Shown here one piece after another: positions 1-7,600 of a stretch of DNA of 21,208 nt. Numbering within the stretch: the first letter of the stretch is position 1; every line of letters starts with the position of its first letter. Position numbers and translations under genes: made by a program. The notes under the pieces were generated by a model that was not told the origin of the DNA, did no database searches, and saw only the letters and a list, made by a program, of their open reading frames with translations. This DNA comes from Myxococcota bacterium (GTDB lineage Bacteria > Myxococcota_A > Bradymonadia > UBA7976 > UBA1532). The DNA lies in the NCBI GenBank assembly GCA_036337435.1, contig JAYZEG010000022.1, forward strand, positions 1 through 21,208, given 5' to 3'.

Positions 1-1221
1 GGGGCAACCCCCATTCAGCTCCGGGATGAGGTTCAATGGCACCCCGTGGTCCGGCAGATTCCATTAAATGCGGGCTCCGAGAACCTCGCCACGGCTGATG
101 TGACCTGTGCATTTACTCATGTCCGATTGAATATTTATCCAGCCGGCGGTGTGGCACGTCTCAGAATTTGGGGAAAAGCCGAAATCCATCCATCTACCGA
201 AGTGACCAACCTGGCGTCTCTCGAGGCAGGTGCTAAGGCTCTTTGCTGCAGCGACATGTTCTTCTCGCCGATGGACAATCTGCTCAAAACACAGCCGGCT
301 GAAAACATGGGTCAGGGCTGGGAGACGAGGCGAGGACGCCCCCCCACAGACGATTGGGTTATCATTCGCCTAGCCCAGCCTGGCTATCTGCAGACGGCTA
401 TTATAGACACCGCCTATTTTAAGGGAAATTATCCTGAAACTGGGCAGTTGTTTGGGATTTGTTGGCCGGACGCCCCGCCTTGGGCCCTGGTGGCCAATTC
501 TAACTGGACCCCAATTTCCTCGGTTCTCCAGTTGGGCCCAGACCAGTCTCACGAGACCCCCATCTCGGTCCCCGGCCCTTGGACCCATGTACGATTACGC
601 ATTGTTCCAGATGGAGGTGTTTCACGACTGCGGATCAATGGTCGACCTGCTCTGAAGCTTCTGGATTCGGCGCCCACTGGTATAAGGGGCCTCAATGAAC
701 TCGACCACGAGGCAGCGACACGCGCATTTTTTCGCTGCTGCGGGTCAGAAAGTTGGGCGTCAGCGATGGCGGACCACAGACCCTTTGCGAGCCTGGCTCA
801 TCTGGAGGGGGCCGCTGAGCAAACCTGGTGGCATCTTGGCGATGGACATTGGCTGGAGGCCTTCACACATCACCCAGAGATAGGGACAGACCTGACTCAG
901 CTTCGCGCCCGCTTCGGTTCAACTGCAGACCTTTCTAGTGGTGAGCAATCGGGCGTCAAAAATGCCGACGAGAATACGCTAAAGACCCTTGCCGCCGCCA
1001 ATGCGAAATATAAGGAGCAGTTCGGCTATATTTTCATTGTTTGCGCGTCCGGCAAGAGTGCCACAGAGATGTTGAGCATTCTGGAAAACCGCCTGCCCAA
1101 TGAAGCCCCCTATGAGCTCAGAGTCGCGGCAGGTGAACAAGCCAAGATTACACGCTTACGCCTACACAAAATGCTCACCGATATCGCCGCCAATCAGACC
1201 GAAAAAGAGGAGTCGAGATGA
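1..1221 (+). CDS. alc: Allantoicase / OHCU (2-oxo-4-hydroxy-4-carboxy-5-ureidoimidazoline) decarboxylase fusion, 5'-truncated by the window edge
   Basis: Frame is open from base 1 (GATPIQLRDEVQWHPV...). Allantoicase repeat motifs: THVRLNIYPAGGVARLR, GWETRR, DTAYFKGNYPE, THVRLRIVPDGGVSRLR. From about nt 680 a UraD-like domain follows: LNEL..A...F.RCCGS..W, RPF, HPEIG (catalytic His), SSGEQSGV (catalytic Glu), YKEQFGYIFIVCASG, EQAKITRLRL. Confidence 0.92.
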   Translation, partial: GATPIQLRDEVQWHPVVRQIPLNAGSENLATADVTCAFTHVRLNIYPAGGVARLRIWGKAEIHPSTEVTNLASLEAGAKALCCSDMFFSPMDNLLKTQPAENMGQGWETRRGRPPTDDWVIIRLAQPGYLQTAIIDTAYFKGNYPETGQLFGICWPDAPPWALVANSNWTPISSVLQLGPDQSHETPISVPGPWTHVRLRIVPDGGVSRLRINGRPALKLLDSAPTGIRGLNELDHEAATRAFFRCCGSESWASAMADHRPFASLAHLEGAAEQTWWHLGDGHWLEAFTHHPEIGTDLTQLRARFGSTADLSSGEQSGVKNADENTLKTLAAANAKYKEQFGYIFIVCASGKSATEMLSILENRLPNEAPYELRVAAGEQAKITRLRLHKMLTDIAANQTEKEESR

Positions 1222-1562
1222 CCAGTCAAATCACAACCCATATTCTTGATACGTCTCTTGGCCGCCCGGCTTACAACGTATCCGTCACTCTTGAAGAGCG
1301 CGGCCCTGATGGAGAGTGGCTGGAGATCGGACGTGGTGTGACGGACACCGACGGTCGCAATAAAACCTTATTAGAAGGACAATCATTACGATTAGGCCTG
1401 TATCGAATCTCGTTTGAAACGGGCCCCTATTTCGAGCGGCAGGCGGTTGCTGCGTTTTACCCCTCAGTCTCCATCGTCTTTGACGTCGCGGATACAACCG
1501 AGCATTACCACGTCCCGTTGCTCCTCAACCCCTATGGATTCTCCACGTACAGGGGAAGCTAA
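1218..1562 (+). CDS. uraH: 5-hydroxyisourate hydrolase (transthyretin-like), cytosolic
   Basis: ITTHILDT..GRPA, TDTDGR, and C-terminal HYHVPLLLNPYGFSTYRGS with the diagnostic YRGS end. No signal peptide. GAGGAG RBS and ATGA overlap with the upstream stop. Confidence 0.97.
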   Translation: MTSQITTHILDTSLGRPAYNVSVTLEERGPDGEWLEIGRGVTDTDGRNKTLLEGQSLRLGLYRISFETGPYFERQAVAAFYPSVSIVFDVADTTEHYHVPLLLNPYGFSTYRGS

Positions 1563-2411
1563 ATGCATGAACCCAATCTCTATTTCAGACCAAACCTCTT
1601 GGCGGACACAAGGGCGTTAATTACGGGCGGCGGATCGGGCATCTGCAAGGGGATCGCACAAACATTCCTCGCGCTCGGGGCTCGGGTGACTATTATGGGC
1701 CGGAATCAATCGACGCTTGACGATGCGCTTGAATCCTTCGGCCCAAGCCTGCATCAAAATGCATTCGGTTTCGCTGGAGATGTTCGAGATGCTGCTCAAG
1801 TCGACGCTGTCCTTGAGTCGGCCATGGAGTCGATGGGTGGATTGAATTGCGTCATCAATGGGGCCGCAGGAAACTTCTTGTCCCCTGCGGCAAAACTAAG
1901 TCCGAAAGGGTTCAAAACTGTGATGGAGATCGACGCCCATGGCACCTATAACGTCAGTCACCTTGCTTACAAGAAAGCGCTCAGTCGGCATGGGGGTAGC
2001 ATCCTCAATCTCTCGGCCACGCTTCAGTACGCGGGCACCCCCTACCAGGTGCACGCTGGGTCCGCAAAAGCGGCTATAGATGCGATGACCCGGCATCTCG
2101 CCGTTGAATGGGGTCCAGAGCAGATTCGAGTGAACGCAATCGCGCCAGGCCCCATTGACAACACGGTCGGCATGGAGAAGCTTGCCCCTGGCGGCATGAA
2201 GAAAACCATCGAAGGCAGCATTCCCCTTGGACGGTTCGGACGGATCGGCGAAATTGCGAATGCGGCTGTCTTTTTGACCAGTGCTGCGGCCGCGTATATT
2301 ACAGGGGCTGTCCTCGTTGTTGACGGGGGCGCGTGGATGACTTTTGGCAACGTGTACCAAACAGCTTTTAAGGCAAACGATAACACGACATCCAAGGGTG
2401 ACACCGATTAA
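1563..2411 (+). CDS. SDR-family 2,4-dienoyl-CoA reductase-like protein (peroxisomal DECR2/SPS19 type)
   Basis: TGGGSGIC Rossmann motif, [32 protein letters not shown] (His in place of the classical SDR Tyr, as in DECR2/SPS19), [25 protein letters not shown]. ATG follows the uraH TAA with no gap. Confidence 0.88.
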   Translation: [282 protein letters not shown]

Positions 2412-2486
2412 CCAGAAACACAGCTTTGCATGACGCGTACCCCACACTCAACCGGGTTCACCACAGTGCTTTTCAGCGGCCTCAAG

Positions 2487-2726
2487 ATGACAAATAATCA
2501 GCGACCCGACCAAACCCGCTTCCTAGACCTAAAAAACGAACTTGCCCGCCTTCGGAGGCTTCGGGCCATGAGACTCGGTTCACTGGACAACGGGCGACTG
2601 GTCCAATCCGTGATCACAGAAATGGATACACAGATTGCAGAACTTGAGCAAGTGCTCGCTGAGTTACACCCCCACCCTGCGCCTCGTGCGAACACGCAGA
2701 CAGGCGATGATCAAAAGTCCGAATAG
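2487..2726 (+). CDS. Small hypothetical protein, predicted helical hairpin / coiled coil
   Basis: 79 aa from ATG 2487 (alternative start 2430). Amphipathic heptad pattern in FLDLKNELARLRRL and VITEMDTQIAELEQVLAEL. No clear RBS. The 3' end overlaps the opposite-strand GH25 gene by 63 nt. Confidence 0.55.
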   Translation: MTNNQRPDQTRFLDLKNELARLRRLRAMRLGSLDNGRLVQSVITEMDTQIAELEQVLAELHPHPAPRANTQTGDDQKSE

Positions 2727-4271
2727 GACGGGCCTCGCGTCCCCCCCCGTTTGATTAGCGGAAACCGAACACCCGCCCGACGCGGATGAGCCGGTTGGAC
2801 CCGATCCGGGCGATAACATCACCCCGCCATTGGATAGCCTGCCCTGGTCCGACTCCGGCAGCGAGCCATCGGTGACAACGCCCACACCCGGCGCAATGGC
2901 ATCTGGACTAAAGCGCGGTCCAGCATCGGGCTCCAGCAGCCCCGCGTCCTGTGGTGCCTCGGGCATCATGTCGGAATCTGCAGGCAAAACTCGCTGGAGC
3001 CGCAGATCGTCTGCCACCAGCTTAGTCATGGTCTCGTTTGGCTCCCCCGTGTTGTCGTTCATCCGAACGGTATAAAGCTGCTGAGCGTCGAATCGGAAAC
3101 GACCGATGCTGACCCAGCCGTTTGCCTGATTCTGGTCAATTCGGACTGAACGCGCCCCGTTGGCAGCGTCGACCAGGTAATCAGCCTGCCGACTTTTGCT
3201 CCATGGCCCGTCAATATGTGCCTCTATTTCATAATCACCCGAATCGGACACATGCACCGTCCATTCTGCGAAATTCGCAGGACTGGCATTGCTGGTGGTG
3301 TGGGTCCAAAATAAATGCCCATCGTAGCCAATGTCCTCATCTCGCCAGTATTGACGCGGGCCACCGGGCCTAAAGCAATCACCCTCCTCAGACAAGTAAC
3401 CACCCATCGCTGGCAAGGCCGGACACCCGACGCAATCCTCCGAACAATTTGCAATGGTCTCACTCGGACTGCAGAACCCATCTCCACAACCACCCCGGAC
3501 GCCAGCCAGCAATTCCAGCTCGGCCCGCGTCCCGTTAAACCGATTTCGATCAACGTTCCCATCGACCCCGGGCGCCCGCCCTTCATCCGTATATTGGTGA
3601 AAGGTCCAGGTGTCCCATCCCTGGGGAATGGCCGGACACTCCGTGCCATAATGAGCCACCCAAAGAGGATACGCCCCGTAGTCCAATGAGCCAACAAGCG
3701 GGTCCCAAACGTTTGCTCGAGTGTAAATCATCGGTCGAACACCTGTCGCGGCCTCCACGATTGCAATCCACTCCAAAGTTTTCCGGCGTACGACAGCGGG
3801 CGGTTCATCCTCGTCTGTCTCGATATCGATGGTGGGGGGCAGCATACCCGGCATCATTGGCCCCATTCGGTCGAGCATAATCCGTGCCTGAGCCTCAACA
3901 TCCTGGTTTGCTCGAAAAAAGTGATAAACCCCGCGGATCATGCCAACCCGCGTCGCTTCACTCCAGTTTCGAACAAACTGGGTATCCAGGGTGCCTGTGC
4001 CGTAACTGGTTCGAATGATGGCATATTGAACATCCGATTCGACGAGGCTGTCCCAATCGATAACCCCCTGCCAAAAGGAGACGTCAACGCCTTCGATTGT
4101 AGGCCCATTGGCGCACACACGAAGGGCAGTTTCCGAGACGGCCAGTGATGGGTTCATCGACAACGTTGAGCCCGCTGTACCACGGATTTCCTCCTGGCAG
4201 CCGAGTGCTCCAGCCAGCACGAGTCCCAAGGAAATCTGTGCAACCAGACTGCATCGCGAAAGTTCACCCAT
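2664..4271 (-). CDS. Exported GH25 (Chalaropsis-type) muramidase with Cys-rich motif, golvesin/xanthan-lyase-CBD-like beta-sandwich and MYXO-CTERM-like tail
   Basis: N-terminal hydrophobic signal ending LAGALGC. GH25 motifs EGVDVSFWQG, GVYHFF, PPTIDIET (DxE), PLWVAHY, WTFHQYT, NVDRNRF. Then CGDGFCSPSETIANCSEDC, a beta-sandwich segment (AEWTV..SGDYEIEAHI..GWVSIGRFRF..VADDLRL), an acidic linker, and GGCSV..LFGLLIIACLRVRTRRR. Start chosen at ATG 4271 after a GAGGGG RBS (track start is 4298). Confidence 0.9.
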   Translation of the reverse strand: MGELSRCSLVAQISLGLVLAGALGCQEEIRGTAGSTLSMNPSLAVSETALRVCANGPTIEGVDVSFWQGVIDWDSLVESDVQYAIIRTSYGTGTLDTQFVRNWSEATRVGMIRGVYHFFRANQDVEAQARIMLDRMGPMMPGMLPPTIDIETDEDEPPAVVRRKTLEWIAIVEAATGVRPMIYTRANVWDPLVGSLDYGAYPLWVAHYGTECPAIPQGWDTWTFHQYTDEGRAPGVDGNVDRNRFNGTRAELELLAGVRGGCGDGFCSPSETIANCSEDCVGCPALPAMGGYLSEEGDCFRPGGPRQYWRDEDIGYDGHLFWTHTTSNASPANFAEWTVHVSDSGDYEIEAHIDGPWSKSRQADYLVDAANGARSVRIDQNQANGWVSIGRFRFDAQQLYTVRMNDNTGEPNETMTKLVADDLRLQRVLPADSDMMPEAPQDAGLLEPDAGPRFSPDAIAPGVGVVTDGSLPESDQGRLSNGGVMLSPGSGPTGSSASGGCSVSANQTGGDARPVLFGLLIIACLRVRTRRRVGV

Positions 4272-4383
4272 AAACACCCCCCTCATCTTCCAGCCCAATG
4301 ACCAAGCAGCCCATTTGAATAACCGCGTTTTCGTTTAATCGCGCTTCGGTGCAATAGTATCACAATGCGTCACACGAAACCCC

Positions 4384-4399
4384 AGTGAGCGATATCACT
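4384..4399. promoter_or_regulatory. CRP/FNR-family-like palindromic operator candidate (AGTGA-N6-TCACT)
   Basis: Perfect inverted repeat with 6-nt spacer, matching the GTGA-N6-TCAC core of CRP-family sites. Lies in the AT-richer divergent region between the GH25 gene and the glutamate dehydrogenase gene. Confidence 0.4.
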
Positions 4400-4629
4400 C
4401 TAGTTCGACCAACCAAAGAACTCGCCCGTTCACGAAAAAAATAATTAAGCACACCAGTATGGTTGGCTTATTTTCACCCCATTTTCCGCGGGATTGAAAG
4501 CCTTACTTGAAGACTGAGAACACTTAACCCCATGTGTGGTGTCCTATTGGCTTGCCGAAAGGCCCCCAATCTTTCTATTGTCTATCTGGTATGGGAATTT
4601 AGCTGCGACGAGCAGGAGGGACAGGGGGC

Positions 4630-7600
4630 ATGGACCGCAAACTCGCCAGGACAGAATTGATCGACCGGCTTTTGGCCGAAATGGACGGAGCCAAGCATAA
4701 GGCATCGGAGAACTCTGGCTTTGCGCAAATGTTCGCGCAGGCCATTCTCAAACGAGTTGACAATAAATATTTATTTAAACATCGACTGACCACTTTGGGG
4801 TCCCAGCTCGCTGATTCGGCAACGTGGGTTCGAGACAATATTGGAAACGAAGAGATCATTGTGCGCGCCTTTCGGCCGACTGAGGATGACAACGGCTATG
4901 CACTCGAAGGCAAGATTGTCGAGACGCTCATGCCCGACCAGCCCTTTGTATACGACACACTCAAGCTGCTGATGAAGCGCAATGACATTCGAGTCCACAA
5001 CAGTCTTAATGTCATCATCCCGCTGGAAAAAAACAGCGATGGACAATTCTCTATTCAAGCTAAAATTCAAGACTCATCGATCAACTACAGCTACACCCGG
5101 TGGTTCGTTGATATGGAGGAGGACATCACACGCCAAGAAATCCTCGATGACCTCCAGAACTCCCTGCGGATGTCTCGAGCCATGGTGTCCGATTTTCATC
5201 GAATGGTGAAGACCATCCACGATGCGGCGAATGACTTTGACTATCTTGCAAAGCTTAAAAAAGACGAAAGCTCCGACGTCGAAGAAGTCCGTAGTTTTCT
5301 CGACTGGCTGACCCGAGACAACTTTGTTTTCATGGGCATAAGCAAATACAGTACGAACGGAGACACCGTGACAGTTGAGGCGGATAAAGGCCTCGGCTCG
5401 ATGAGGGGTCAATCCATGCCTTCGGGCGTGACGACCGACCGCGTGCTCAACTTTTTCAAAGAACGCGACGGTGAGCTTTGGCCCATCGCTCGTGTCCAAA
5501 AGTCAGCACTCAACTCGATCGTTCACCGGTCTGGAAAAGTCGACGAAATACTGATTCGAACCTTTGACGATACGGGACAGTTTCAAGGTGGCATAGGGAT
5601 TCACGGCCTCTTCACATTCAAGGGACTGGGAGAGCCTGGTGGCAAAATCCCCATTCTGCGTCGCAAGGTCGCTCGAGTCATTTCCAATCACAATCCGGTC
5701 CAAGGCAGCTACGAACACAAGAGTCTAGTCAGTGCTTTCAACTCACTTCCCGTCGAATATCTCTTCGAAGCCAAAGATGACGTTATCGACAATCTCTTAG
5801 ATTTGGCGCTGCGGGCTGAATCAACTGGCGAATTTCAGGCAGACCTGGCACCAAGTCGCGATGGCAGCAGCGTCTACGTCTTTGTCGTCGTACCGAAAGC
5901 TCATTTCTCCGATGAGTTGCGTTCGAGCCTGCAGACCCACTTGCAGGACCAGCTCGGGGCATCATACTGTGATCACCGGATCCACATCGGGAAATTTGGG
6001 AGCGTCTCACTCCATTTCTACTGTACCGGCGAACTGAAGTTTGAAGAGTCAAATCTATCAGCGTTACGGGAACAACTATTCGACCTAGGGACACCTTGGA
6101 GCCATCGACTCAGGACCAGCCTCGACGCTGCTTTGGATGAGCGCACCAGCGGAGCGTACTTCGACCGGTTTGGAGACATCTTCCCAGAGGGCTATACAGA
6201 CATCGTACATCCCGATGACTGCGTTGTTGATATACAGCACCTCGACAAACTGCTTGCCGATGGCCGTGCCCGCTTTGAAATTTTCAGCTCACGTAAAAAC
6301 CCCAAGCAAGCCCTCCTGCGTATTTACTCCCAAGAGGAAGTCAGCCTCACCAAGATCCTGCCGTTGGTTGATAATTTTGGCATTGAAGTGGCAGAGCAGT
6401 ATTCATTCGAAGTCGAGCCAGGCCGAGCTCAAAAAGTTTGGATCAACACGTTGCGCGTGGAACGTGGGGATGATGATCTTTTGGCACATAGGCCAGCTCT
6501 CATTGATGGAATAGCGGCCGTCTTTTTTGGATTGATGAGAAGTGACCGCCTCAACCGACTTCTACTGCTCGCCAAAATCACATGGCAAGATGTCGATTTG
6601 CTTCGCGCCTACTCTATTTACAGTCGCCAGCTTGCACAGCCATTCCAGCTAGAGGGTGTGCGCAAGATCTTTATGACCCATAAGGATTTTGTCCGAGGCC
6701 TTGTCGATTTCTTCAAACTTCGATTTGAGCCTAAGGCAAAACTCAGCCTGAGCCAAAGGGCGAAGAAAGCGACAAAAAAAGCTGAAGAACTTTTCACTTA
6801 CCTCGATTCCGTCAAAACGTTTGAGGAAGACCGGGTGTTAAGAACATTCCTTAATTACGCCCAGGCAACCATGAGGACCAACTTTTACGTCCCAAAGGAT
6901 GGCGAACACTTCTTGAGTTTCAAGATCGACTCATCGCTCATTGAGGAAATGCCAAGCCCGCGTCCGCTTTATGAAATTTTGGTGCATCATGCGGAGCTGG
7001 ACGGAATCCATTTGCGAGGGGGCAAGGTAGCTCGAGGTGGATTGCGCTGGTCGGACCGGCCGGATGATTTTCGCTCCGAGGTACTTGGGCTCATGGCGAC
7101 CCAGATGCTCAAAAACACCCTCATCGTACCCGTTGGTGCCAAGGGTGGTTTTGTGCTGACCGATCCGCCCGAAGACTACCAACAGGCACGAAGTGAAGCA
7201 GACCGCTTGTACAAAATCTTCATCCGAGGCCTTCTGGAAGTAACGGACAACATTGTCGACGGAAAAGTGGTAGGCCCTGTCAGCGTCGTCAAGCATGATC
7301 CCGATGACCCGTATTTGGTCGTCGCCGCCGACAAGGGGACCGCACACTTGTCCGACACCGCCAACGCGCTGTCTGCCGATGCAAATTTCTGGCTCTCGGA
7401 CGCATTCGCCTCGGGCGGCTCCATCGGATACGATCACAAGGAGAAAGGCATTACAGCAAAAGGTGCTTGGGTCTCAGTGCGTCAGCATTTTCTTGAGTTG
7501 GACATCGATCCTGAAACTGATCCCATTACTGCCGTTGGAATCGGCGATATGTCTGGCGATGTATTCGGGAACGGCATGCTGCTGTCGAGCTCCATGAAGT

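Noticed and set aside
2664..4298. GH25 gene as a prophage endolysin
   Set aside because: It has an export signal and host-type sorting tail, and no holin, spanin, structural or integrase genes are nearby.
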